NCBI GenBank assembly: GCA_963814115.1
Contig: CAWFBS010000016.1
Location: forward strand, 256,431-320,430
Origin: an uncultured Chloroflexia bacterium
GTDB taxonomy: Bacteria > Chloroflexota > Limnocylindria > Limnocylindrales > CSP1-4
DNA: 64,000 nt
Direction: 5' to 3'
Within the stretch, counting starts at the first letter, position 1. Each line of letters opens with the position of its first letter. Below are positions 39,491-49,353 of the stretch, one piece after another. The notes beneath the pieces are model-generated. The model was not told the DNA's origin. It made no database searches and saw only the letters and a program-made list of their open reading frames with translations. The translations under genes and the position numbers were made by a program.

Positions 39491-40975
39491 GTGGGCGTCG
39501 CGGCGGCAAGCGCGGCAGACCAGCGGCACGCATCACGCGTCGTACGTGACGCGGCAGGTGCTGACCTGCAGAGGGACTCGCGGCTGCTTCTCGCCGGCAT
39601 GGCGATCGCGGGCGGGGTCGTGGTCGGGATGTTCCTCGAATCTGGAACCCTGATGGGGGTCGCGGCGTTCGCGGCCTTCGGCGCCGGCATCGTCAACCCT
39701 GCACTCGGACTCGTCATCCTGGCCTTCATGGGACCGCTCCGACCACCACCTGCGATCCCAGCACCGGGCTTTGACATCATCCTTGTCGGCGCGATCCTGC
39801 TCGGGAGCGTCTACCGGCTGCCGGTCAGTCGGGCTCGAGTGCGGGTCAGCCCGCCGCTGCTCCTCCTCTTCGCGTTCGTCCTATACGCGTTCGTCCAGCA
39901 ACTCCCGGACATGGCTTCGGGGTATGCCGGGGCCCAGGCCCACGACGTGGGGTTCCTGTTCTACCAGCTCCTCACGGGACTTGGGACGGTCGTCGCCGCC
40001 GGGTTCGTAATGCGGGGCCGGTCTCCGTACCCATTCCTCGTCGCCCTCCTGGCGTCTGCCACGCTGGCCGCCCTCCTCGGCATCGTCACCGCCGACGGGG
40101 TCCCCTATGCGCGGCTCGCGAACCTCATGCCGCCCGCGGATGTCGCCAGCCGCGCGACCGGTCCGTTCGGCAACCCGAACTCGTTCGGCCAGCTCCTCGC
40201 GTACGCGATTGCAGCGGCCGCGGCGTGGTTCGCAGCCACTCATACGGTCCGCGTTCGGGTGGGGTTGCTCGCCGCCATCGGGATCATGCTGTTGGCCGTT
40301 TCGCTCTCGTTGTCGCGCGGAGCCGCCGCCACCCTGCTTGCCGGCCTGGTCGCACTTGCATTCGCGCGCGGGAGAGCGATCGGGTTCGCGGCCGTGGCGG
40401 GCGCCCTGGCCCTGGTGGTCGTCGGTTATCCGCTCCTCGTCGATTGGCGGCTCACCACCGAGGCCGGCTCGGCCTCGTCGGCAGCGGCCGCGCAGCTCGC
40501 CGCCAGTGACGCAGGCAGGCTCGGCGCCATCCTCGCCGGCCCGGCGCTCTTCGCGACGTCCCCGATCTTCGGCATCGGTTTCGGCCAGTACAAGTACCTG
40601 AGCGGCCTCGTGACCGACCAGGGCGCCGGCCTTGTCGCCCACAACTGGTACGGGACGGTCCTCGCGGAGCAGGGCATGCTCGGGATCGCTCTGTGGCTGC
40701 TGCTGCTGGTCACGGTGGGGCTCTGGCTTTGGTCACGCCCGGCTCGCCCTCGGCTCGTCGGATTCGCCACGTTCGGGGCGGTGATTGTCGGCTGCCTGTT
40801 TCTCGAGCCCCCAACGTCCTTCCAGACCTCGGCCCTGCCGGCGATGGTCCTGACGGCGGCCCTGGTCGGAAACTGGGCGCCGTCCGCCGGACCCGCATGC
40901 GCAGAGTCGCGGAGGATACGCCCCGGAGCGTCCAGACGACCCACGGAGGCTGCGGGCCTTTCGGCGGGCGGATGA
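39491..40975 (+). CDS. Wzy_C-superfamily membrane protein (O-antigen polymerase/ligase-like, or an O-oligosaccharyltransferase)
   Basis: At least ten transmembrane helices and an LSLSRGAAATLLAGLVALAFARG loop region characteristic of the Wzy_C/WaaL/PglL family. The start is uncertain. Confidence 0.6.
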   Translation: MGVAAASAADQRHASRVVRDAAGADLQRDSRLLLAGMAIAGGVVVGMFLESGTLMGVAAFAAFGAGIVNPALGLVILAFMGPLRPPPAIPAPGFDIILVGAILLGSVYRLPVSRARVRVSPPLLLLFAFVLYAFVQQLPDMASGYAGAQAHDVGFLFYQLLTGLGTVVAAGFVMRGRSPYPFLVALLASATLAALLGIVTADGVPYARLANLMPPADVASRATGPFGNPNSFGQLLAYAIAAAAAWFAATHTVRVRVGLLAAIGIMLLAVSLSLSRGAAATLLAGLVALAFARGRAIGFAAVAGALALVVVGYPLLVDWRLTTEAGSASSAAAAQLAASDAGRLGAILAGPALFATSPIFGIGFGQYKYLSGLVTDQGAGLVAHNWYGTVLAEQGMLGIALWLLLLVTVGLWLWSRPARPRLVGFATFGAVIVGCLFLEPPTSFQTSALPAMVLTAALVGNWAPSAGPACAESRRIRPGASRRPTEAAGLSAGG

Positions 40976-42207
40976 ACAGGGCGTCGCGTGCCCAGGGCGC
41001 CCGGGGAGCCTCGGTCGACGATCGGCTTCGCGTCGCGTTCCTGGCACCGTCCCTTCATCCGGGAGGCGCCGAACGTCAGATGCTGATCCTTGCGGCGGCG
41101 TTGCCGAAGGCCACGTTCGATCTCCGCTTTCTCCTTCTCTCGGAGCCGGGCGATCTTGCCGCCGAAGCAGCAGCCCTTGGCGTGCCGGTCCACGTCCTGG
41201 GCCTCCGGCGCGAGACGTGCCGGACGTTCACCCCTCGCTGCCTCGGGGATGCTGCACGCGCTCTCCGCGCATACCGGGGGCTCACCCGGGACGTCGACAT
41301 CGTCGATGCGTGGTTGGTGCCTGCCTACACATTTGCCGGGTTGGTCCAGCCTCTCGCTCGGGTCCCCGTTCTCCTGGCCGGCCGCCGATCGACCGTCGAT
41401 GTCAACCGCACGCGGACGTGGTACCGGGAGGCAGCAGGGCGTCTCGCCATGCGTGGCATCGACGCGATCGTCGCCAATTCACAGGCCGCCGCGAACAACG
41501 CAATTGCCGTCGAGCGGATCGATCCGGCGCGCATCCACGTGATTCGGAACGCGGCGGTCCCGATCGAGACGACAGACGCCGAGCGGCTTCGACTGCGGCA
41601 CGCGTGGGGCTTCTTACCGCAGGACGTCGTGGTGGGATGCGTCGGCAACTTCAAGCCGGGCAAGGGCCACCTCGCGCTCGTCGAGGTGGCAGGTCGCCTC
41701 CGAGATCAGTGCCCGAGCCTCCGCTGGTGCTTCGTCGGCGATGGCCCGCTGCGACCAGAGCTCGAGGACGACATTCGCCGCCTTGGCCTCGACACGATCG
41801 TCCGGCTCCATTCCGGGGAACCGGATGCTCGCCGGGTCTACGGTGCCTTCGACATCGACGTCCAGGCGTCCGACAGCGAGGGACTTCCGAATGCCGTCCT
41901 CGAGGCGGCTTCGGCAGGCCTTCCGATCGTCGCCACGGCCGTTGGCGGGACCGCGGAGGTCTTGACCGATGGTGCGGATGGGCTCCTTGTGCCGAAGGGC
42001 GACCGACCCGCGCTTCTGGCGGCGATCGGGCGTCTGGCGGAGGACCGCGAGCTGCGCCATCGCCTCGGCAGGGCGGCCCAGGCGAGGGCAATGGACTTCT
42101 CGCCCGCGCGCCTGGCCGAGCAGACCGGAGAGCTCTACCTGCGACTCGCCCGCGGGGTCTCAGGCGCGGTCGCCGCCCTGGAGCCTCCACTCGGCAGGCA
42201 GTCTTGA
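40972..42207 (+). CDS. GT1 (GT4-like) glycosyltransferase
   Basis: ASDSEGLPNAVLEAASAGLPIVAT is the E-x7-E-containing C-terminal domain. The start overlaps the upstream stop as ATGA. Confidence 0.75.
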   Translation: MNRASRAQGARGASVDDRLRVAFLAPSLHPGGAERQMLILAAALPKATFDLRFLLLSEPGDLAAEAAALGVPVHVLGLRRETCRTFTPRCLGDAARALRAYRGLTRDVDIVDAWLVPAYTFAGLVQPLARVPVLLAGRRSTVDVNRTRTWYREAAGRLAMRGIDAIVANSQAAANNAIAVERIDPARIHVIRNAAVPIETTDAERLRLRHAWGFLPQDVVVGCVGNFKPGKGHLALVEVAGRLRDQCPSLRWCFVGDGPLRPELEDDIRRLGLDTIVRLHSGEPDARRVYGAFDIDVQASDSEGLPNAVLEAASAGLPIVATAVGGTAEVLTDGADGLLVPKGDRPALLAAIGRLAEDRELRHRLGRAAQARAMDFSPARLAEQTGELYLRLARGVSGAVAALEPPLGRQS

Positions 42208-43070
42208 TTGAGCAGCAACGCCGGTAAGCCCCGCGCCGGCGTCGAGAACCGTGATGCTGCCCGGCTTGGCCACCATGCCCAGCTCGACACCCGCCTGGGC
42301 CAGTCCAGGCTCGGTGGCGAACAGGAAGAGCTGTCGTCCAGCCCGGACGGCTCGCGCCAGGAGAGCCGCCACCGCAGGCGACGGATTCTGGCCCTCGATC
42401 CACAGGACCCGATCGGAGGCGGCGGCGCGCTCCACCAGACAGTGACAGCCGGCCGCGACCAGTACCTCGACCGGCAGCGGCCGGTCCAGGTACTGTGAGA
42501 TCCACACATCGAGCTTCGGATACACGACGTAGGCGCCCGTGCCTTCAGCTTGCCAGCGCCTGTGGGCGCGGCGCAGCTCATCGACCGTCAACGTGCTTGG
42601 CTCGACCGCGCTGGCCGTGGTGGGGGGGAGGTTTCCGCGTTCGACGCCACGTACCAGGTCGGGACTTCCAGGCACCCGGCCGCGACCAGGCGCCGTCGAC
42701 TGGCATTCTCTCGGGTCACGAAGGCCGTCAGCACGGTCCCGCCGCGGTCGGCGACGAGCCGCCTGGACTCTTCGATCACCAGGGAGAACGCACCGTGCCC
42801 GCGGGCCTCGGGGAGCGTCCACGAACCGGTCATGATCCCGACGAGGAGCACCTCGTCCCGGTAGCGCACCGTCCGATATGAGACCGCCGAACCCGCCACG
42901 ATCCTGCCCTGATCCCGCAGGACCATGAGGTCGGCGACGCGGGCACCCACCTGGCGCTCGAAGTCCCACGAGTACATCGAGCGGTCTCCCCAGCGGCCGA
43001 AGCTGCGGTTCAGGCCGGCGAGGTAGTCATCCTCCAGCCCGCGCGGGTTCACCTCGATGTCCAGAACCAT
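42160..43070 (-). CDS. GNAT-fold acyltransferase (FemAB/CelD-like, Acetyltransf_6), with an apparent frameshift near 42640
   Basis: The N-terminal 160 aa in one frame (..IVAGSAVSYRTVRYRDEVLLVGIMTGSWTLPEARGHGAFS..) continue in another frame (..STLTVDELRRAHRRWQAEG..). Confidence 0.45.
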
Positions 43071-44029
43071 CAGGGGCTGCCATTCGGTGCAAGAGGGTCC
43101 CCGAGCGCGGCGCGGGTGCGCTCGGACAACTCGGCCATCGTCGCGAACCAGAGGTGGTCGCCGTAGCGATCCTCGAGCGCGGACAGGACGACATCGAGGT
43201 AGTTCCGGTACAGAGCATCGATGCCGTCGAGCATGACGTGGCCGAACGCCACCTTGATGATGTGGGCCTTGATGCTCACCAGTCCCCCGGCCGCAACCAA
43301 CTCCTCAGCCCGGTCCAGCGGGTTCGTCGCTGAGAAGTTGGACGGAACATGAACAAGACGACCGCCGTACACCAACATGGGGTGGAGCAGCGAGACGCCT
43401 CGCAAGCCCGACATGGCAGTCGTGGCATCGCGGGTCACCGGCGTGATGAGGTCGCGGGCGGACGCCACGTACTCCAACCCCACGGTTGCCATCGCCGCGG
43501 CGAGGTCTTCATTCACGTCCCAGCCCGGGGGCGACATGCCGCGCGGCCTGGGGAGACCGGCCGCCTCGAAAATCTCGAGTCCGCGGGTGAGCATCTCGGT
43601 GCACTCGGCCAGGCCCCGTCCACGGAACTCGACCGGGATCCGCAATCCACGATTGACGTGGTGAAGGCCGTGCAGTCCGATCTCGGTCCGCGGAAGCTCG
43701 CCCAGGTAGGCGACGAAGTCCGGATGACGATCGAGACGCATCGTTCCAGGTGGGAGCGTGGGAGCGAGCATGACCCGGTCGCGCAACCACGGGACGCGGG
43801 CGAGCAGCCTGCGCGTAGGAAAGGCCGATAGCTCGCGCCAGTCCGGCGCAGTGAAAAGGGTGACGCGGAGCCGGGGGTGACGATCGAGCAGCCACGCGAC
43901 GTGGCCGAGCGCCCCTCCGCCAAGATCGCCGCCCGCCTCGTAGGCATCTGACGAGCGGCCCGGGTGGATGTCGTCGATGCTGAACGTGACCGCCGCCTCA
44001 TAGGAGTCGGGGAGCCAGGGCGCTCTCAT
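43070..44029 (-). CDS. Polysaccharide deacetylase-like (NodB / CE4-like) protein
   Basis: TFSIDDIHPG (a TFDDG-like motif) and HGLHH (an HxxHH-like motif). Confidence 0.45.
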   Translation of the reverse strand: MRAPWLPDSYEAAVTFSIDDIHPGRSSDAYEAGGDLGGGALGHVAWLLDRHPRLRVTLFTAPDWRELSAFPTRRLLARVPWLRDRVMLAPTLPPGTMRLDRHPDFVAYLGELPRTEIGLHGLHHVNRGLRIPVEFRGRGLAECTEMLTRGLEIFEAAGLPRPRGMSPPGWDVNEDLAAAMATVGLEYVASARDLITPVTRDATTAMSGLRGVSLLHPMLVYGGRLVHVPSNFSATNPLDRAEELVAAGGLVSIKAHIIKVAFGHVMLDGIDALYRNYLDVVLSALEDRYGDHLWFATMAELSERTRAALGDPLAPNGSP

Positions 44030-44147
44030 CTCGGAGAGATCCTCGTGTCAGCACGGCCAGGCAGCGGGCGGTGCGTGGCCGCTTGCGCGAACGTCGACTC
44101 CACCGGGGAGCAACGATCGGGATGAACCTCGCCGCAGCCGGCTCGCA

Positions 44148-45338
44148 TTATCGGTCTCGCTCAGCCAGAAGGTCGCGGTAGAGGATCTCGTGTTGGGCGA
44201 TGAGGGTCGAGAGCTCGTAGTGCTCGACCATCCGCTTCCGCCCGCGCTCGGCCATCGCCCGAGCCTCTCTCGGATCATCCAGGATCCGGTCCATCGCCCG
44301 GGCAAGCGCGGGGACATCACCGACCGGGACGATGATCCCGGCGTCCGGCGCGACGAGGTCCGGACTCCCCCGAGCGTCCGTCACGACCACCGGAACCTCC
44401 AAGCTCAGGGCTTCCATGACGCACCGAGGTAGGCCTTCCGTCCTGCTGGCGAGCACCAGCGCCGTCGACCCGGCGATGGTCGGGCGTACATCCTGAAGGA
44501 CCCCAAGCAGGTGTACGCGGTCCCCAACGCCTGCATCGCGGATGGCTGCCTCGACGCGCGGGCGCTCCGGGCCGTCGCCCACCACGACGAGATGGCACTG
44601 GCGGTGCTCCATCCGCCCAAAGGCGGCCACGATGTCGAACGGCCGCTTTCGAAGTGTCAGCTCGCCCACGACCACGAACAGCGGGGTTTCCGGGTCGATC
44701 CCCAACCGAGTCCGGGTCGAGTCGATCTCGTCCGCCGGCACGTTGGAGCGGGAATACCACCGCGTGTCCACTCCAATTCCTGGCATCTGCCGGAGGCGAG
44801 GCCGGGGAACAATCCGATGCTTCAGCGCTGCGGCATGATCCTCATCGTTGATGACGATGAGCCGGTCGGTCCACCGGCCCGCGATTCGCTCCACGCCCAC
44901 AAACAGCGCGTTCCGGGCGCGCCCCCCCCTCTCATAGAACGGCAACCCATGCGCCGTGTAGACGGCAGCGGGCCGCGAGCGTGCGGGAAGTCGCCGGATT
45001 GCCGCCCGCGTCACGAACGCGGCGATCGGTGTGTGCACGTGGACGATGTCGAAGCCGGACTCGAGGATCCGGGACAGGCTGTTGAGTGTGCGCAGGATCC
45101 CGGGTGCATCGAGGATCGAACGCGACAGGGGCAGCTCATGCAGCTCGTCGAAGATCCCATCGAGCCCCGGATCGACCGTCGCTCCGTTTGCGGCCGCTTC
45201 GACGTGCCAACCCATGTGGCGAAAGTGGGACGCATATGGGACCAGGAAGCCCCGGATGGTGGCGGAGACCGTCGCCACCATGAGAAGGGAAGGCCCGGTC
45301 CTGGCGCTGGCACCAGGATCGAGTTCGTGACCGGTCAT
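44148..45338 (-). CDS. GT1 (GT4-like) glycosyltransferase
   Basis: LVLASRTEGLPRCVMEALSLEVPVVVTDARG. The start at MTGHELD is tentative. Confidence 0.75.
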   Translation of the reverse strand: MTGHELDPGASARTGPSLLMVATVSATIRGFLVPYASHFRHMGWHVEAAANGATVDPGLDGIFDELHELPLSRSILDAPGILRTLNSLSRILESGFDIVHVHTPIAAFVTRAAIRRLPARSRPAAVYTAHGLPFYERGGRARNALFVGVERIAGRWTDRLIVINDEDHAAALKHRIVPRPRLRQMPGIGVDTRWYSRSNVPADEIDSTRTRLGIDPETPLFVVVGELTLRKRPFDIVAAFGRMEHRQCHLVVVGDGPERPRVEAAIRDAGVGDRVHLLGVLQDVRPTIAGSTALVLASRTEGLPRCVMEALSLEVPVVVTDARGSPDLVAPDAGIIVPVGDVPALARAMDRILDDPREARAMAERGRKRMVEHYELSTLIAQHEILYRDLLAERDR

Positions 45339-45582
45339 CGATCCGAACAGCGATTGTGGGGCGAGCGGACCCTGGCCTCGCGAACCCGGCTGACTGGGCG
45401 CTGCGGATCCCGCGTCCGGCCCGGTCACAGGGGTGCACGAGAACACTGCGCTGCTTCTCCTGCCGTCGTTCCGCATCGTATGGTAGGTTGCCGTACGCGC
45501 CGAGCCTTCCCCGGCGCGGTGGGCTCTGCTTGCCCCCGGGCGACCGTAGCGTAGCGCGCAACCGATTGGCGAGGAGAGGTTC

Positions 45583-46524
45583 TTGAGAGCGCTGGTTACG
45601 GGCGGGGGCGGCTTCATCGGCCACCACTTGGTCAAGGGCCTTCTCGCTCTCGGCCACGACGTCCGCGTCATCGACGATTTCTCCACGGGCGACAGGGCGC
45701 GCCTCGAACCCATCCGCGACCGGATCTCGCTGATCGAGGGGACCATCCTCGACCCGGCGACCCTCGATCTCGCCGCTGCTTCGTGCGAGGTGATCTTCCA
45801 CGAGGCTGCCATCCCGTCCGTCGCCCGATCCCTCGCGAACCCGCATCTCTCGAACCGCGTCAATGTGGACGGGACGATCGAGGTGATGCTGGCGGCTGCC
45901 CGAAACGGCGTCCGCAGGGTCGTATACGCGGGCTCTTCATCGGTCTACGGCGTCCCGGAATCACTGCCCTGCCGGGAGTCCTATCGGCCCGCCCCGGAGT
46001 CGCCATACGGCGTGAGCAAGCTCGCCGCGGAGCACTACGTTCGAGCCCTCGGGAAGCTCCACGGCGTGGAAACGGTGACGCTCCGCTACTTCAATGTGTT
46101 CGGCCCGGGGCAGGACCCTGCGTCGGAGTACGCAGCCGTCGTGCCGCGTTTCGTGACGGCCGTGCTTGAAGACCGCCGGCCCACGGTCTACGGGACCGGC
46201 GAGGTGTCGCGGGACTTCACGTATGTCGACAACGTCGTCGACGCTAACCTCCTGGCAGCCCGGGCTTCGAGCCCCAGCGGCGTCACCTGCAACATCGCCT
46301 GTGGTGACCGCCACACCTTGCTCGAGCTCCTCGACGCCATCTGCTTGGCGGCCGGCCGCCAAGCAGACCCGATCTTCGGACCGCCGCGCCCGGGCGACAT
46401 CGTCCACTCCCTGGCGGACATCTCGGTCGCGGAGCAGCTGCTCGGTTTCAAGGTTGGCGTGCCGTTCGCCGAAGGGATCGCACGGACGGTCGCCTGGTAT
46501 CGCGATTCAGTTGCCGCTCGGTGA
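45583..46524 (+). CDS. NAD-dependent nucleotide-sugar epimerase (UDP-Glc/GlcNAc 4-epimerase-like, SDR)
   Basis: A TTG start after a GGAGAGG ribosome-binding site. LVTGGGGFIGHHLV, then YGVSK. Confidence 0.85.
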   Translation: MRALVTGGGGFIGHHLVKGLLALGHDVRVIDDFSTGDRARLEPIRDRISLIEGTILDPATLDLAAASCEVIFHEAAIPSVARSLANPHLSNRVNVDGTIEVMLAAARNGVRRVVYAGSSSVYGVPESLPCRESYRPAPESPYGVSKLAAEHYVRALGKLHGVETVTLRYFNVFGPGQDPASEYAAVVPRFVTAVLEDRRPTVYGTGEVSRDFTYVDNVVDANLLAARASSPSGVTCNIACGDRHTLLELLDAICLAAGRQADPIFGPPRPGDIVHSLADISVAEQLLGFKVGVPFAEGIARTVAWYRDSVAAR

Positions 46525-46530
46525 CGGTGC

Positions 46531-48147
46531 GTGCCGCCGACCGTCCGGCCTGAAGTGAGCGATTCGCCCGAGGGAGGCATCTCCCTCGAGTCCGTCGGCC
46601 GATCCGCCGTCCTGCTCACCGGGGCCGCCGTGGTTGTCCAGCTGATCGCGATCGTCCGCGAGCTGTTCCTGGCCGCAAACATTGGCATCTCGCCCGATCT
46701 CGACGCGCTGCTGATCGGGCTCGTGCTGCCCACGACGCTCGGGAACATCCTGACCACCGGTCCCACGACGGCGCTCGTCCCGGCCTATCTCGACGCTCAT
46801 GCCGCCGGAGGCAGCGGCGATGCTCGCCGCCTTGCGGGCACGATCCTCGTCTGGCTTGGGCTTATGGGCTTGGCGTTGACTCTCCTGCTCGAGCTGATCG
46901 CCCCGGCTGCCGTCGCCGTGACGGGACCTGGCTTGAGCGCAGCCGGGCGAGCAAGTGCGACCGACTACCTGAGGCTTCTTGCCCCGACAGTCTTCGTGTC
47001 CAGCCTGGACGGGACGCTGTGGGGCGTGTGCCAGGCCGAGCAGCGGTTCGCGACGATCGCGATTGCGACGATCGCTGGAGGCGCCGCCACCCTCGTGACG
47101 ATGCTCGCGCTGTGGGGCTGGCTCGGTCTCGGGGCCTTCGCGCTCGGCAATATCGTCGGCCCGGTCGTTACTCTGGCGATCCTCTTCGTGGACACGTTTC
47201 GAGGCTCGATCACACCGCGCCCGCACCTCGTCTCGCGAGGGCTCGGGCTCGGCGCCTTCACGCGCCACGCCGCCCCCCTGACCCTCAGCTCGGCGATCCT
47301 CCAGCTCAACGCCATCTTCGATCGTGCCGTTGCCTCGCTGCTCGGACCGGGTGCCGTCAGCGCGCTGCGGTACGGGGACACGTTGGTACGCGTCCCGACG
47401 GGAGCGATCAGCCCGGCCTGGGGCGCGGCGATCTACCCGGCCCTGGTCCGGTCCACGCAACGGACCGACGGGACCAGCCTCGCTTCCTCGGCCGAGCGGT
47501 CGTTGCGCTATGTCGTCGCCGTGTTCATGCCCGTGTCCCTGCTGACGCTTGCAGTCGCCCCACTCGCGGTCTCCACCGCGTACGGCCGTGGAGCCTTCAC
47601 GCCCGATGCCCTCCGCGAGACGGCGCTCGTCGTCGCCGGCTTCGCCCCCCTGGTCGTCACGCTGATGCTTTCGCAGACGCTCACTGGAGCCCTCAACGCC
47701 CGCCGCCGCGGCACCATCCTGCTCACAGCCGGGGCGATGAACGTGGTCTTGAACTGCGTGCTCGACATCGTGCTTGGCTTTCCTCTCGGCGTGGCCGGGG
47801 TCGCCCTTTCGTCGGCCGTCACGGCCCTGATCGTGGTGACCTTCAAGTCCCGGCGCCTCGCGCAGCTGGAACACGCGTACCGCGAACGGCCCCTGGCCCG
47901 GTACATTGGCAAGTCGGCGGTCGCGTCGCTTCCCGGTGCTCTTGTGTGCGGCGTGCTTTGCTGGGCCGGCTTCTTCCCGGCGGGACTCGTCCCGGGGCTC
48001 GCCACCCTCGCCGCGTTCGGCGCAGTCGGAGTTGGGATCTACGCCCTCCTGGCGAACTGGCTCGGGATCGGGGAGCCCCTGGCGCTCCTGCGCCTGGCAT
48101 GGAGCCGGGTCACTCGCCGGGGATCCACCTCCGGATCCGCGGTGTGA
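46531..48147 (+). CDS. MOP-superfamily flippase (MurJ/MviN-Wzx-like)
   Basis: About 14 transmembrane helices. The N-terminus VRELFLAANIGISPDLDALLIGLVLP resembles the MurJ N-terminal motif. Confidence 0.7.
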   Translation: MPPTVRPEVSDSPEGGISLESVGRSAVLLTGAAVVVQLIAIVRELFLAANIGISPDLDALLIGLVLPTTLGNILTTGPTTALVPAYLDAHAAGGSGDARRLAGTILVWLGLMGLALTLLLELIAPAAVAVTGPGLSAAGRASATDYLRLLAPTVFVSSLDGTLWGVCQAEQRFATIAIATIAGGAATLVTMLALWGWLGLGAFALGNIVGPVVTLAILFVDTFRGSITPRPHLVSRGLGLGAFTRHAAPLTLSSAILQLNAIFDRAVASLLGPGAVSALRYGDTLVRVPTGAISPAWGAAIYPALVRSTQRTDGTSLASSAERSLRYVVAVFMPVSLLTLAVAPLAVSTAYGRGAFTPDALRETALVVAGFAPLVVTLMLSQTLTGALNARRRGTILLTAGAMNVVLNCVLDIVLGFPLGVAGVALSSAVTALIVVTFKSRRLAQLEHAYRERPLARYIGKSAVASLPGALVCGVLCWAGFFPAGLVPGLATLAAFGAVGVGIYALLANWLGIGEPLALLRLAWSRVTRRGSTSGSAV

Positions 48148-49307
48148 GGCCCCTCCGCATCGCCCACGTCATCGCCAGCCTCGACCCGGGCGGGGCCGAG
48201 CTCCAGGAGCTGGCGCTCGCCGAACGGCTCCCTCGCGATCGATTCCGGCTCGATTTCCTCGCGGTGGCGGGTGCAGGCGAGTACGACGCTCGGGCGAGGG
48301 CCGCCGGGTGTCGGGTCTTCCAGATCGGAGTGCGTGCGCGGGCGAACGAATCCATCCCGACGGCACAGCAACGGCGGACCCAGATGGCGCTGCACTATGC
48401 GCGCGCGGCACGCTTCGGGCGGTACGACATCGTCGATGCCTGGCTGTACCCGGGCGACGTCCTCGCTGCCCTGGGGCGCGTCGTCACGAGCACCCCGGTC
48501 GTGATCTCCGGAAGGAGAAACATCCAGCCACACGACCGGTTCGGACCGTTCGCGGGCACGGTGGACAGGCTCGTGGCCAGGCTGACCGACGCCGTCGTGG
48601 CCAACTCGACCGCGGCGGCGGAGTTTGCGGTTCGATCTCACCACACCGACCCGTCCAAGCTTCGGGTGATCAGGAATGGCGTCGAGCTGATCCCTCCTCT
48701 CGCGCCCACGGAGCGTTCCGCCTGGCGGCGGAAGATGGGCGCCGGCGACGAGGACTTCGTTATCGGCTGCGTCGGCAACTACCGAGACATCAAGCGCCAC
48801 GCCCTGTTGATCGAGGCGTTTGCGGCGCTCGCGCGCGAGCGCTCCGACCTTCGCTTGGTGTTGGTCGGTGAAGGTCCGATGCGACCCGACCTGGAACGCC
48901 AGGTCGCGGCCCTCGGGCTGGAGGGGCGTGTCCGGCTGCACGGCACAGAGCTGGATCCTCGCCCGATGTACGGCGCGTTTGACCTCGTGGCTCAGTCGTC
49001 GATGAGCGAGGGGATGCCAAACGTGCTCCTCGAGGCTGCGTCGGCAGGGCGACCCGTGGTCGCGACGGCGGCAGGCGGATCAGGCGAGATTGTCATCGAC
49101 GGCGAGACCGGGCTTCTCGTCCCCATCGAGGATCTCGACTCCCTCGTGGGTGCATTTCGGCGCGCGATCGGTGACCCGGACCTTCGCCGGCGGTTGGGTG
49201 CCGCAGCTCGATCTCACGTCGACGCGAGGTTCGGGATGGCTCGCTACGTGCGGGAGTTCGGGGATCTCTACGAGGAGCTGGCACAATCGAAGGGCATCCG
49301 ACGTTGA
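48144..49307 (+). CDS. GT1 (GT4-like) glycosyltransferase
   Basis: The GTG start overlaps the flippase stop. SSMSEGMPNVLLEAASAGRPVVATAAGG. Confidence 0.8.
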   Translation: MRPLRIAHVIASLDPGGAELQELALAERLPRDRFRLDFLAVAGAGEYDARARAAGCRVFQIGVRARANESIPTAQQRRTQMALHYARAARFGRYDIVDAWLYPGDVLAALGRVVTSTPVVISGRRNIQPHDRFGPFAGTVDRLVARLTDAVVANSTAAAEFAVRSHHTDPSKLRVIRNGVELIPPLAPTERSAWRRKMGAGDEDFVIGCVGNYRDIKRHALLIEAFAALARERSDLRLVLVGEGPMRPDLERQVAALGLEGRVRLHGTELDPRPMYGAFDLVAQSSMSEGMPNVLLEAASAGRPVVATAAGGSGEIVIDGETGLLVPIEDLDSLVGAFRRAIGDPDLRRRLGAAARSHVDARFGMARYVREFGDLYEELAQSKGIRR

Positions 49308-49353
49308 GGTGCACGCGGCCACGAGAGAAACGCCGGAACCGGGCCCCTCTCCC